Shown: positions 30,437-41,600 of the stretch, in pieces
Numbering within the stretch: position 1 is the stretch's first letter
How the letters are laid out: every line of letters starts with the position of its first letter
IMG/VR virus record: IMGVR_UViG_3300042486_000977
Direction: 5' to 3' (one strand)
Source: an uncultured virus (IMG/VR IMGVR_UViG_3300042486_000977)
Taxonomy: Duplodnaviria > Heunggongvirae > Uroviricota > Caudoviricetes
DNA: 64,000 bases
Made by a program: the position numbers and the translations under genes
Notes under the pieces: model-generated
Databases searched by the model: none
What the model saw: the letters and a program-made list of their open reading frames with translations, nothing else
Told to the model about the DNA's origin: nothing

Positions 30437-31807
30437 ATGGCTGACAAAAATTTTGATTATTTAGGTAACTCTTTCCAACTACAACTTTTAAATCAAATTG
30501 TGGTTGATAAAGATTTTGCACACTCAATTGTAGAAGTACTTGAACCAAATTATTTTGAGAATAAGTACTATAAATTGATTGTTCAAATGGTTAAAGAATA
30601 TTATGAAAAGTTTGAACACAGCCCAAGTTTTGAGACATTACAACAAAAAGCTAAAAGTGAAATTAGTCAGGAGTTATTGTTAAAAATAACTCTTGACACT
30701 ATTTCAGATGTTAAAAATGTAGAGGAAGACGGGGTTCAATTCGTACAAGAAAAGGCGTTAAAATTCTGTAAACAACAAGAGTTACAGAAAGTAATGGATA
30801 AGGCTAAAAAAATCATTGATAACGGAGAATTTGAGAGTTATGACACTCTTGAAGAAATGGTTAGAGAAGCCCTACAAGTTGGTAATGTGGATAGAGGAAT
30901 GGGCGATGTGTTTGAGAATTTAGATGATGTTCTTGATGATGATTATAGACATCCAATTCCTATGGGAATACCGGGTATTGACAACTTACTTAAAGGTGGA
31001 TTAGCAAAAGGTGAGATTGGTGTGATATTAGCACCTACAGGGGTTGGTAAATCAACACTGACTACTAAAATTGCGAATAACGCTTTCAATATGGGATTTA
31101 ACGTTCTTCAAATATTTTTTGAGGATAACTATAAAATCATCCAAAGAAAACACTTTACGTGTTGGACAGGTATTGCACCTGATGACCTTGGAAACCATAA
31201 GGAAAAAGTATTGGCAAAGGTTGCTGAGATTAAAGAGACGATGACCAATAAGTTAATTATGAAGAAGTTACCTTCTGACACATTAACTATGAATCAGATT
31301 AAAAATCAAATTCGTAAAATGATTGCTGACGGTACTCGAATTGATATGGTTATTTTGGATTATATTGATTGTGTAACACCTGAAAAAGTTTTACAAGATG
31401 AGTGGAAATCTGAAGGTTCAGTTATGAGAGGGTTTGAATCAATGTGTCACGAATTGGACATTGCAGGATGGACGGCAACCCAAGGTAATAGAAGTTCTAT
31501 TTCATCTGATGTTGTAACAACAGACCAAATGGGAGGGTCTATTAAGAAAGCTCAGGTAGGTCACGTTATTATCACGGTAGCGAAATCATTACAACAAAAA
31601 GAATTAAATCTTGCAACAATTGCGATTACAAAATCAAGAATTGGTAAAGATGGTGTTGTATTTGAAAACTGTAAATTTAACAATGAAATGTTAGATATTG
31701 ATACAGAAAGTTCTATGACTTTCCTTGGACTTGAAGAACAAAAAGAGGAAAAGAATAGAAATAGAATTAAAGAAATTATGGAGAAAAGAAAACAACAACA
31801 AGCATAA
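30437..31807 (+). CDS. replicative DnaB-like helicase, T4 gp41-like
   Basis: [31 protein letters not shown] and KSR.G motifs. Confidence 0.92.
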   Translation: MADKNFDYLGNSFQLQLLNQIVVDKDFAHSIVEVLEPNYFENKYYKLIVQMVKEYYEKFEHSPSFETLQQKAKSEISQELLLKITLDTISDVKNVEEDGVQFVQEKALKFCKQQELQKVMDKAKKIIDNGEFESYDTLEEMVREALQVGNVDRGMGDVFENLDDVLDDDYRHPIPMGIPGIDNLLKGGLAKGEIGVILAPTGVGKSTLTTKIANNAFNMGFNVLQIFFEDNYKIIQRKHFTCWTGIAPDDLGNHKEKVLAKVAEIKETMTNKLIMKKLPSDTLTMNQIKNQIRKMIADGTRIDMVILDYIDCVTPEKVLQDEWKSEGSVMRGFESMCHELDIAGWTATQGNRSSISSDVVTTDQMGGSIKKAQVGHVIITVAKSLQQKELNLATIAITKSRIGKDGVVFENCKFNNEMLDIDTESSMTFLGLEEQKEEKNRNRIKEIMEKRKQQQA

Positions 31808-31836
31808 TTATTAAAACAGATTTAATTAAAAAACAT

Positions 31837-32784
31837 ATGGAAAAAATATTAGTAGAAAACCCAAATAGATTTGTAATTTTCCCAATAGAACATAATGATA
31901 TATGGGAATATTACAAAATGCACCAAGCTGCGTTTTGGACTGCAGAGGAAGTTGATTTAAGTGGTGACATTAGAGATTGGGAAAATTTATCAGAAAATGA
32001 ACAATATTTTGTTAAAAATATTCTTTCATTTTTTGCGGCGTCGGATGGTATTGTAAATGAAAATTTGGCGGAAAACTTTTACCGAGAAGTACAATATCCT
32101 GAAGCAAAATTCTTTTACGGAATGCAACTTGCAATGGAAAACATTCATTCATTAATGTATTCACTTCTTATTGACACATACGTGTCAAACGAAGATGAGA
32201 AGAATAAATGTTTTACGGCATTAGATAATCTTCCCGCAGTTCAAAAGAAAGCCAAATGGGCTTTGGATTGGATTGAAAACGCATCTTTTCAAGAAAGATT
32301 GGTAGCATTTGCAGCAGTTGAAGGTATCTTCTTCTCAGGTTCATTCTGTTCAATCTTTTGGTTAAAGTCACGTGGTATCATGCAAGGATTGTGTAATGCT
32401 AATTCTTTAATCTTTAAAGATGAGAACTTACATTGTGATTTTGCAATTCATTTATTGAATAATCACGTAGAAGAAAAACCAAGTGAAAAGAGAATTAAAG
32501 AGATTTTATTGTCAGCACTTGAGATTGAAAAAGAATTCATCACAGAATCATTACCAGTTTCACTTATTGGTATGAATTCAAATCTTATGAAACAATACCT
32601 TGAGTTTGTTGTTGATGGATTATTGGTTAAGTTTGGTTGTAAAAAACAATTTAATGTTGAACAACCATTTAAATTTATGGAACAAATCGCTGTTGAGACA
32701 AAGGGTAACTTCTTTGAATCACGTACAGTTGAATATCAAAAAGCTAAGTTAAATGAGACTCTCTCCTTTACTGACGACTTTTAA
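31837..32784 (+). CDS. nrdB: ribonucleotide reductase class Ia beta subunit
   Basis: [40 protein letters not shown] and NFFE.R..EYQKA. Confidence 0.97.
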   Translation: MEKILVENPNRFVIFPIEHNDIWEYYKMHQAAFWTAEEVDLSGDIRDWENLSENEQYFVKNILSFFAASDGIVNENLAENFYREVQYPEAKFFYGMQLAMENIHSLMYSLLIDTYVSNEDEKNKCFTALDNLPAVQKKAKWALDWIENASFQERLVAFAAVEGIFFSGSFCSIFWLKSRGIMQGLCNANSLIFKDENLHCDFAIHLLNNHVEEKPSEKRIKEILLSALEIEKEFITESLPVSLIGMNSNLMKQYLEFVVDGLLVKFGCKKQFNVEQPFKFMEQIAVETKGNFFESRTVEYQKAKLNETLSFTDDF

Positions 32785-32803
32785 TTTACTATCTTTATAA
32801 ACT

Positions 32804-35236
32804 ATGATGTCATTAAGAATTAAAAAACGTGGTGGGGACGATGCGTCCTTTAATCCACAAAAAATTTATCAAAGAATTAAACGAGCTTCCAAAGGATTGA
32901 ACGTTAATTCAGATGAAATCTTTATCAAAGTAATTACGTCAGTTCCGACTGAAGGGATTATTACTACTAAAGATTTAGACAAGTTAATTTACGAAATTGC
33001 TGCGGCGTTTACAGGTAGTCATCACGACTATTCTCGTTTAGCGTCATCAGTTGCAATTTCATCTTACCATAAGGAAACAGACCCAAGTTTCTCAAATACT
33101 ATGCGTACTTTACACGTTGAAGGTGTTGTTAGTAACGAGTTAATGGCAATTGTTGAATCTTATGGGCCTGACAAAATTGATGAAGTAATTAATCACGATA
33201 ATGATTATAACTTTGACTATTTTGCTTGGAGGTCACTTGCTGAAATGTACTTGTTGAAATTACCAAGTGGTAAAGTTGTTGAAAGACCTCAACATATGTA
33301 TATGAGAGTTGCTCTTTGGGTGACTAATACATTTGAAGAGGCTATGGAATATTACCAAGCATTATCAACACAAAGAATATCTCCGGCAACTCCTATTATG
33401 ATTAATGCGGGTACAAAGGTTCCACAATTGGCATCTTGTGTTCTTCATTATAATGATTCAGATTCTCGTGAAGGTTTGTTGAATACTATGAGAGACATCT
33501 CAACCTATTCATCTGACGCTGCGGGTATCGGACTATCAATGTCTAACATTCGTAGTAAGGAGAGTCGTATTACATCTTCAGGTGGTTATGCTGGAGGGTT
33601 GTTGAAGTATTTGAAGATTGTTAACGAGTCACTTCGTTTCTTTAATCAACAAGGACGTAGACCTGGTTCTGCGGCAATTTATTTGGAACCTTGGCATAAA
33701 GATATCTTTGACTTATTAGAGATTAAAAAGAATACAGGTGCTGAGGAATTGAGAGCTCGTGATTTGTTCACGGCACTTTGGATTCCTGACAACTTTATGA
33801 ACGCAGTTAAGAACAACGATGATTGGTATTTGTTCTGTCCTAACGATATTGTTAAATCAGGTATTAAACCATTACAAGAATCTTATGGGGATGAATATGA
33901 GACTAACTACAACAAGGCGGTTGAGTTAGGTCTTGGAAAGAAAGTGAAAGCTATAGAAATTTGGAATAAGATTATTGAATCTCAAATTGAAACTGGTGTT
34001 CCATATCTTTGTTCTAAAGACAATGCTAACAAAAAGACAAATCATCAGAACATTGGTGTAATCAAACAATCAAATCTTTGTAATGAGATTTACCAATATA
34101 CTGACGAGAATACAACTGCAATCTGTACTCTTTCATCTATGGTCCTAAAGAACTATGTAAAAGATGGTGAGTTTGATTTTGAAGGGTTATATGAAGAAAC
34201 TCGTAAAGTTGTTAGAGCATTGAACAAAGTTGTTAACATTAACAACTACTCAACTGAAAAGGGACGTAAGGGTGGATTGGAACAAAGAGCAATTGCTATT
34301 GGAACACAAGGACTTGCTGACGTATTCTATTTGATGGATTACATCTTCACATCTGATGAAGCACGTAAATTAAACAAAGAGATTTTTGAAACAATCTATT
34401 TTGCGGCAATCACCGAAAGTAACAGATTGTGTATGGATGGTAAGTATGAACCATATGCTCACTTTGAAGGGTCACCGATGTCACAAGGAGTATTCCAATT
34501 TGATATGTGGGGATTGAAAGAAGATGAGTTATCAAAAAGATGGCCTTGGGGAATTCTTAAACAGAATGTTAGTAAATATGGTGTTTGTAACTCATTATTC
34601 ACGGCTCAAATGCCTGTAGCATCTTCAGCTAAGATTACAGGTTCATATGAAATGACTGAACCCGCTCACTCGGCAATCTTTAACAGACGTGTAGTCGGTG
34701 GAGAGATTATGATTGTTAACAAGTATTTGATTAGTGATTTTGAGAAGATTGGAATTTGGTCTGAAGATTTGAAGAATGAAATCATTATGAACGAAGGGTC
34801 AATTCAAAATATTAACTTTAACAATTACCTTGATTTAGAAGATAAGAAATACAATTCAAAGGTTAAAAGAATTGAACATTTAATTCAGAAGTATAAAACA
34901 ATTTGGGAAATCTCACAAAAGTCATTGATTGAAATGGCCGCGGACAGAGCACCATTTATTGACCAATCACAATCAATGAACATCTATATGGGTAACCCAA
35001 CATTGTCAAAGATTTCATCATCACATTTCTATGGATGGGAAAAAGGATTGAAAACACTTTGTTACTATGTTAGAACAAGGGCAATCTCAACGGGAGCTAA
35101 ACATTTGGCAATGGACGTGTCAAAAATTAACAAACCAAAAGCAACTCCTGAACCACCAAAGGTAGATTATAGTTATATGAATTTACCTCCAAAACCTGAA
35201 AATAGTGATTTTGATTGTTTTGGTTGTTCATCTTAA
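32804..35236 (+). CDS. nrdA: ribonucleotide reductase class Ia alpha subunit with ATP cone
   Basis: IKKRG ATP cone, ERPQH, QLASC, SNLCNEI, DQSQS, GLKT..YY.R and C-terminal CFGC. Confidence 0.97.
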   Translation: MMSLRIKKRGGDDASFNPQKIYQRIKRASKGLNVNSDEIFIKVITSVPTEGIITTKDLDKLIYEIAAAFTGSHHDYSRLASSVAISSYHKETDPSFSNTMRTLHVEGVVSNELMAIVESYGPDKIDEVINHDNDYNFDYFAWRSLAEMYLLKLPSGKVVERPQHMYMRVALWVTNTFEEAMEYYQALSTQRISPATPIMINAGTKVPQLASCVLHYNDSDSREGLLNTMRDISTYSSDAAGIGLSMSNIRSKESRITSSGGYAGGLLKYLKIVNESLRFFNQQGRRPGSAAIYLEPWHKDIFDLLEIKKNTGAEELRARDLFTALWIPDNFMNAVKNNDDWYLFCPNDIVKSGIKPLQESYGDEYETNYNKAVELGLGKKVKAIEIWNKIIESQIETGVPYLCSKDNANKKTNHQNIGVIKQSNLCNEIYQYTDENTTAICTLSSMVLKNYVKDGEFDFEGLYEETRKVVRALNKVVNINNYSTEKGRKGGLEQRAIAIGTQGLADVFYLMDYIFTSDEARKLNKEIFETIYFAAITESNRLCMDGKYEPYAHFEGSPMSQGVFQFDMWGLKEDELSKRWPWGILKQNVSKYGVCNSLFTAQMPVASSAKITGSYEMTEPAHSAIFNRRVVGGEIMIVNKYLISDFEKIGIWSEDLKNEIIMNEGSIQNINFNNYLDLEDKKYNSKVKRIEHLIQKYKTIWEISQKSLIEMAADRAPFIDQSQSMNIYMGNPTLSKISSSHFYGWEKGLKTLCYYVRTRAISTGAKHLAMDVSKINKPKATPEPPKVDYSYMNLPPKPENSDFDCFGCSS

Positions 35237-35259
35237 ACTTTTTAAACATCCGATGTGTT

Positions 35260-35286
35260 ATCCCGAGCTAGGTCGGGATTTTTTTT
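35260..35286 (+). terminator. rho-independent terminator after nrdA
   Basis: ATCCCGA-GCTAGG-TCGGGAT followed by TTTTTTT. Confidence 0.85.
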
Positions 35287-35307
35287 GTTTACAAACTATT
35301 TATCGGT

Positions 35308-36075
35308 ATGTCTAATATTATTCAGGAAGAAATTAAAAAAATAAGAGAAATGATGCTTTTGGAAAATTTAGTCCAAGAGGATGGGTCAAAAAAATTGAAA
35401 CAAACTTTAGACATTTTAAAAAAGAAGAAAAAAGTCTTATTACTGAGTTGTTCAAATAGATATAATTGGGATGACGAAAACATTGATATTCCTAAATCAA
35501 AAATACTTGCAATGTATTTGAATGAAGAACTTGGTGACAAATCAGTTTTTATGGATGTTTCAGAACTTAAGATTTTTCCTTGTGAAGGAAATGTCTCAAG
35601 AGAAGAAGGAAATAGTTGTGGTATTTTAAAATCTTTACTTAAAGATGATAAAAAAAATCCTTCAGGATATCACAGATGTTGGGCTAGTTTAAATAACAAA
35701 ACTGATGAACTTTGGAAAGTATCTAAAGAACTTTTTGAGTCGGACGCTGTAATATTCTTTAGTTCTGTGAGATGGGGGCAATCTAATATGTTTTATCAAA
35801 ATCTAATTGAGAGATTAACTTGGATTGAAAATAGACATGCCACTTTAGGTGAAAAAAATATAGTTGAAGGTATTGAGACAGGGTTTATTTGTGTTGGGCA
35901 AAATTGGAATGGTGAGAATGTGACTAAAACTCAAATGGACGTTCACAAATTTTATGGATTTGAACCTAATAAGAAACTATATTGGAATTGGCAGTATACT
36001 ACCGATGTTTATGACGAAAGCAAATCTTCTTACAAAAAATCCCACAAAAAATTCATTGACGATATGGGATTATGA
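35308..36075 (+). CDS. flavodoxin-fold protein (NADPH-dependent FMN reductase / iron-sulfur flavoprotein-like) with N-terminal extension
   Basis: KVLLLSCSNR...KS, LKIFPCEG, SDAVIFFSSVRWG and LIERL fit the FMN_red/WrbA-like pattern. Confidence 0.75.
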   Translation: MSNIIQEEIKKIREMMLLENLVQEDGSKKLKQTLDILKKKKKVLLLSCSNRYNWDDENIDIPKSKILAMYLNEELGDKSVFMDVSELKIFPCEGNVSREEGNSCGILKSLLKDDKKNPSGYHRCWASLNNKTDELWKVSKELFESDAVIFFSSVRWGQSNMFYQNLIERLTWIENRHATLGEKNIVEGIETGFICVGQNWNGENVTKTQMDVHKFYGFEPNKKLYWNWQYTTDVYDESKSSYKKSHKKFIDDMGL

Positions 36076-36273
36076 GGTCGGGTATTATAAGTACACCTCA
36101 AACGAAAAACCAATTGTGGATTGTTTAAATTACTATCCAATCAACGATTTTATCTCAGAATATTTACTTAAACAGAAATTTGTTGAATTTGAATATAGTA
36201 ATGGTGTCCCAAAAACTATTGATGGGAAAATTATTGTTTTGATATAAATTTAATGTTTTAGTATTTATTTAAT

Positions 36274-36735
36274 ATGGCGACAAACCAAACATACGGTGTA
36301 ATTTTCCCTTTTAGGGATTCATTTTACGGAACTTACTTAGCACTATCGACAACAACTGACGATGAGATTAGAAGTAATTTGATTCATCTTTTATTAACTA
36401 GGAAGGGTTCAAGATATTTTTTACCTGATTTTGGGACAAGATTATATGAATATATTTTTAATCCATTAGACGGTTTATCGTTTGGTGATATTGAATCCGA
36501 TATTAGAGTTGCTTGTGAAAAGTATTTACCAAACCTTTTACTGAAATCTATCAAAGTTACAGGAACTTCATCTGAAGAAGACGACAAAATTGTTTTAAGT
36601 AATGGAGCGGTGATAGATAGAACTTACAGTATGCCAGGTGAGGCAACAAGAGATTATACGGCTAAAGTTAGAATTGACTACCAAGTTCAAAACAATACTT
36701 TCGCAAGTAGTGATTTCATAATTTTGAATATTTAA
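36274..36735 (+). CDS. baseplate wedge protein, T4 gp25-like
   Basis: IRSNLIHLLLTRKGSR..LPDFGTRLYEYIF.P motif. Confidence 0.92.
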   Translation: MATNQTYGVIFPFRDSFYGTYLALSTTTDDEIRSNLIHLLLTRKGSRYFLPDFGTRLYEYIFNPLDGLSFGDIESDIRVACEKYLPNLLLKSIKVTGTSSEEDDKIVLSNGAVIDRTYSMPGEATRDYTAKVRIDYQVQNNTFASSDFIILNI

Positions 36736-36742
36736 TTTTTAT

Positions 36743-38581
36743 ATGGCTAACAAAAAAATATCATATACAGTCAGAGATTTTGAAGCGATAAGAACGGAAC
36801 TTATCAATTTTACAAAAACCTACTATCCTGATGTAGTACAAAACTTTAACGATGCTTCATTGTTCTCTGTGTTTATGGATTTAAACGCAGCCGTAACCGA
36901 TAACTTACATTATAATATTGATAGAAGTATTCAGGAAACTGTTCTTCAGTATGCTCAACAAAGGTCATCGATTTATAATATTGCTAAAACTTATGGTCTT
37001 AAAATTCCGGGACAAAGACCATCAGTTGCGATGGCGGAATTGAGTATTACCGTACCTGTTCTTGGAGACCAAGAAGATTTAAGATATTGTGGGTTTTTAA
37101 GAAGAGGTGGTCAAATGATTGGTGGAGGTCAAGTTTTTGAAACTGTTGATGACGTTGATTTTTCGTCACCGTATAATTCACAAGGATTTCCTAATAGAGT
37201 TAAAATTCCAAACTTTGACAATAATAACAATCTTATTAATTATACAATTGTTAAAAGAGAAGTATTAGTTAATGGAACTACTAAAGTTTTTAGAAGAACA
37301 ATTAATGCTCAAGACGCTAAACCATTTTTAGAAGTATTTTTACCTGAACAAAACGTATTATCAATTACAAGTGTTATTCTAAAAGATGGAACAAGTTACA
37401 ATGGAATCCCTTCTTATAGTGATTTTTTAACTCCTAATAACAGATGGTATGAAGTACCTTCACTTGCTGAGGATAGAGTGTTTGTTGAAGACCCTACGAA
37501 GACATCGGACAATCCTGGTATTAAAGTCGGGACATACATCACAACAAATACAAGATTTATTTCAGAATATACTCCACAAAATTATTGTAAATTAACTTTT
37601 GGAGGTGGTAACAATTCCGCTGATGATATGTTACGAGATTTCGCAGCCAACGGTGTAGTCTTAGATTTAAGTAAGTATCAAAATAATTTTGGTTTAGGTA
37701 GTACTTTAAAACCTAATTCAACCTTGTTCATTCAATATAGAATTGGTGGTGGGGCTGGTAGTAATTTAGGTGTTAATGTTATTAATCAAGTTGGAACTAT
37801 TAATTTCTTTGTTAATGGACCAAGTCAAATAATCAATAGTAATGTTATTAATTCTTTATCTTGTAATAATATAACTGCGGCAATTGGAGGTTCGGATGTC
37901 CCAACAATTGAGGAAGTAAGAAATTATGTATCTTATAATTTTGCTGCTCAACAAAGAGCTGTTACAATTAATGACTATCAGTCGTTAATTAATACTATGC
38001 CGTCTAAGTTTGGGGCACCTGGTAAAGTAGCAATTGTAGAACAGGAAAACAAAATTAAAATTAAAGTTTTATCTTATGACTCAAGTGGGTCATTAACAAG
38101 TCAAGTATCAAACACTTTACAACAAAATATTGCAAATTATTTATCAAACTATAGAATGATAAATGATTATATTTCAGTTGAAGCCGCTCAAGTTATTGAT
38201 TTATCTTTTGATATTAGTGTGGTTTTAGATTCGTCACAAAACCAAGGAAATGTTATAACATCAATTATTAGTGTGGTTTCAGGTTATATGTCACCTGCCA
38301 GTCGTGAGATGGGTCAAAATGTGTATGTTTCAGAAATTAAAAGACAAATCCAAAGTTTAAATGGGGTAATTAGTATATCTGACATATCAGTATTTAATAA
38401 GGTTGGTGGTGAGTATTCATCAAGTCAAACATCTATGAGTTATTCTGATTCAACAACAAAACAAATTAGTTTAGTTGATGAAACAATATTTGCGGAACCA
38501 AGTCAAATTTACCAAGTTAAGTTCCAAAATAAAGATATTGTTGTTAGAACAAAGAATTTACAAACTGTCAATTTCTCATAA
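36743..38581 (+). CDS. baseplate wedge protein, T4 gp6 / baseplate J-like
   Basis: RDFEAIR.ELI, AQ.RSS...IA...G, YR.GGG..SN, GG.D..TIEE and QQRAVT..DY. Confidence 0.88.
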   Translation: MANKKISYTVRDFEAIRTELINFTKTYYPDVVQNFNDASLFSVFMDLNAAVTDNLHYNIDRSIQETVLQYAQQRSSIYNIAKTYGLKIPGQRPSVAMAELSITVPVLGDQEDLRYCGFLRRGGQMIGGGQVFETVDDVDFSSPYNSQGFPNRVKIPNFDNNNNLINYTIVKREVLVNGTTKVFRRTINAQDAKPFLEVFLPEQNVLSITSVILKDGTSYNGIPSYSDFLTPNNRWYEVPSLAEDRVFVEDPTKTSDNPGIKVGTYITTNTRFISEYTPQNYCKLTFGGGNNSADDMLRDFAANGVVLDLSKYQNNFGLGSTLKPNSTLFIQYRIGGGAGSNLGVNVINQVGTINFFVNGPSQIINSNVINSLSCNNITAAIGGSDVPTIEEVRNYVSYNFAAQQRAVTINDYQSLINTMPSKFGAPGKVAIVEQENKIKIKVLSYDSSGSLTSQVSNTLQQNIANYLSNYRMINDYISVEAAQVIDLSFDISVVLDSSQNQGNVITSIISVVSGYMSPASREMGQNVYVSEIKRQIQSLNGVISISDISVFNKVGGEYSSSQTSMSYSDSTTKQISLVDETIFAEPSQIYQVKFQNKDIVVRTKNLQTVNFS

Positions 38582-38631
38582 GTTATTTATTTTTTTAAAA
38601 TAGGGTATAAACTATTTATTAAAAAAATAGT

Positions 38632-41600
38632 ATGAATTCGTCGTATAGAGTTAGGACCCAAGTTGGCGTTGATAAATCCGTTCCAATTGATTTAGAACAA
38701 GAATTTGAGACTTTAGAAATATTATCATTAAAGATTTACCAAAGGGACATCTATACAAGAGTATGTTCTGACTATGGTGTTATTTGTGGTAGAGTGTTTT
38801 CTAACAAAGGATACGGTATCCCTAATGTTAAACTTTCATTGTTTGTACCTCTTACTGACGAAGATTCACAAAATCCAATTATATCTGAAATCTATCCATA
38901 TACAAATATTGATAATTTAGATGAGAATGGATATAGATATAATTTATTACCTAAAGAATCATCACACGGAGGACATACACCAACAGGGACTTTCCCAACA
39001 AGGTTAGAAGTTTTAACTAATAAAAATTTATCTGAAGTTTACGAGAAGTATTACAAATATACGGTTAAAACCAATGAGTCGGGTGACTATATGATATTTG
39101 GTGTTCCTGTTGGTTCTTATACTATTGTAATGGATGTTGATTTAAGTGATATTGGAGAATTCTCATTAACGCCACAAGATTTAATTAGATTAGGATTAGC
39201 GACTGAAGGACAAGTTGCTGGGTCAAGGTTTAATGCATCATCCAATTTAAATTCATTACCTCAAATTATTAACCTTACAAAACAAGTTGAAGTGTTACCA
39301 CTTTGGGGTGAAGAAGAAGTTTGTAAACCATCGATAACAAGAACTGACTTTGATTTAACGCAAGAAGCTAATATTGATTTAACACCGACGGCAGTTTTTA
39401 TCGGTTCAATTATGAGTACCGAAGATGAAATTAAAATTGGTAATTCTTGTAAAGTTCCTAAAAAAATTGGTGAGTTTTGTAAATTAGTTACAGGTCCGGG
39501 TCAAATAAAGGCGATTAGACAAACTATTAATTATGATACTGATTCAGCATCAAGTACTTTTGGATATCCTCAATTAGAGGAATTTAAATTAGAGAATGAT
39601 GGTCACGTAATTGATGAAAACGGAGCTTGGATGGTAGAAGTACCTATGAATTTAGATTATGTGTATACTAATGAATTTGGGGTACAAACAATATCATCAG
39701 ACCCTACAGTTGGGGTTCCAACAAAAGGAAAATATAGATTTAAAATTAAATGGAACCAATCTCCTTCATTATCTGAAGAAACAAGAAGAGGGTATTTTTT
39801 AGTTCCAAATGTAAAAGAATGGGGATGGACTGGTCCATCTGACAATTATTTTGAAGATGGTAATCCTGCATTTTATGCATCAAACTCACTTAATAGTGAA
39901 TTTTTACAATACCAACAATCATATTCGTTTAGTTTAGATTGGTTGGATTATGGAAACCCATTGACTCCCGAAGGTCAACAGATGTTACAAGAAGCGATTA
40001 ATTGTGAGGATAGATTTTTTGAATTTGAATATAAGAAATTATATACCATTTCACAATTAATGGATAAATACAAAAATGGTAATGGACAAAAATTTATTGG
40101 TATTAAAAATATATTAGACGGGTCTTGTTCATCTGAAAATAATAAATACCCGATTAATGACGCTTACAGGGGGACATCAATATTATATCTGATGTTTTCT
40201 TATTTTTTATCAATAACCAAAATGTTAATATTTCCAATTATTATTGTATTACATGCGGTTGCGTTAATATTATATGTTGTTAACTTTATATTGACAATAT
40301 TAATATGGACACTTTATGCTCCTATATATTATTTTGTAGATACTATAGTTAATATTATAAATGGTCTTGTACCTGGTAGTCCGTTAGAAAATCCATTTAA
40401 TACTTCACCATCTGAACTAACACAGGCAGTTTTTGAAAAAATAACAATTAGAAAATTACCAATACCATTATTACTACAGTCTGAAGGTGAGTGTACATTT
40501 TGTGATTGTAAAGAAAATGAGGCTGCGTCTGAATATGAGAACGCTTCTATTAATAATATATTATCTGAACAAGGTAATAGTTGTAACTTACCATTGAATG
40601 ATGGTAATCAATTTAGTGTGACAATAAGTGAACTTGTTGCGGATTTCAGTCCACAATTTAGAGTCACTGTTGGAGGTATTCAGAGTTCATCAACGAATGC
40701 GAGTGTAAGAACACCTTCTTCGGCATATCTTGACCCATATAGTGACGGAGGTATAAATTATAACGAAGAGTCAGATTTTATATTTTCAAATCAATTACCA
40801 TTTGCTGAGAGAGTAAATTTATCTAATTTAAAAGACAAATATTTTGCAAATTCTAATATTATTAGAACTTATATTGAACCAGATTTAAACGGTAATCAAT
40901 ATCATACAGACAATACTTTAACATTTATTATTACAGGATGTGAAGATACATATCAAACAGGAAAATTAATTACTTTCCAAGACCCATCTTTATCCACTGA
41001 CCCCAATCAAACTATTGCATTATCTGCTAATACAAGTGGAGGGTTAGAAATTACAGGTACGAGTAGTTCCGCTCAAACAATTACTTTAACCTATGCATCT
41101 GCAAGTAACAACGTACTAAATGGTACTGTGACATATAATTTACCATTGAAAGAGTCTTCTGAATATATTGATTATATGAAATACAAATCAGATATTGAAT
41201 ATTTTCAGGTACTTACTGCGATTACTTATTCTGATTTTATTGCGATGGGAGGAAGTTCAACTGGATTAAGTAATCAGGGGACATTCCATAGTAGATTATT
41301 TAAATCACCTATGTGGATTGGTAAGGCGACTAATTCAAATAACGGTAGATATGAAATGTCATATCAAGGACTTGTTAATTTAAACACGACCTCATTTAGT
41401 ACATTATCGTCAGCTAAGATTGTTATATGTACAAGAGGGGTTGACCCATATTCACCAAAGTTTAACACAAAGTATGACATCAGTAGAATATTAAATCAAC
41501 CAATTGGTACAGTTGAAATCCAAGGTGATTATAGAATTAATATACCGATAAGTCCGGGTGGAACTGATTTGGATGATAAGAAAAAATCAGTTAGACATTT

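Noticed and set aside
30437..35236. Inteins or introns in helicase, nrdB, nrdA
   Set aside because: Lengths are normal, motifs are contiguous, and no splicing or homing-endonuclease signatures are seen.
31837..35236. Eukaryotic or giant-virus origin suggested by eukaryote-like RNR and SNF2
   Set aside because: This RNR type also occurs in Bacteroidota and their phages, and the context is a contractile-tail phage with bacterial promoters and terminators.
35954..36247. 97-aa CDS as given in the ORF track
   Set aside because: It overlaps the flavoprotein by 122 nt with an implausible N-terminal half; only the 3' part looks coding (see finding).
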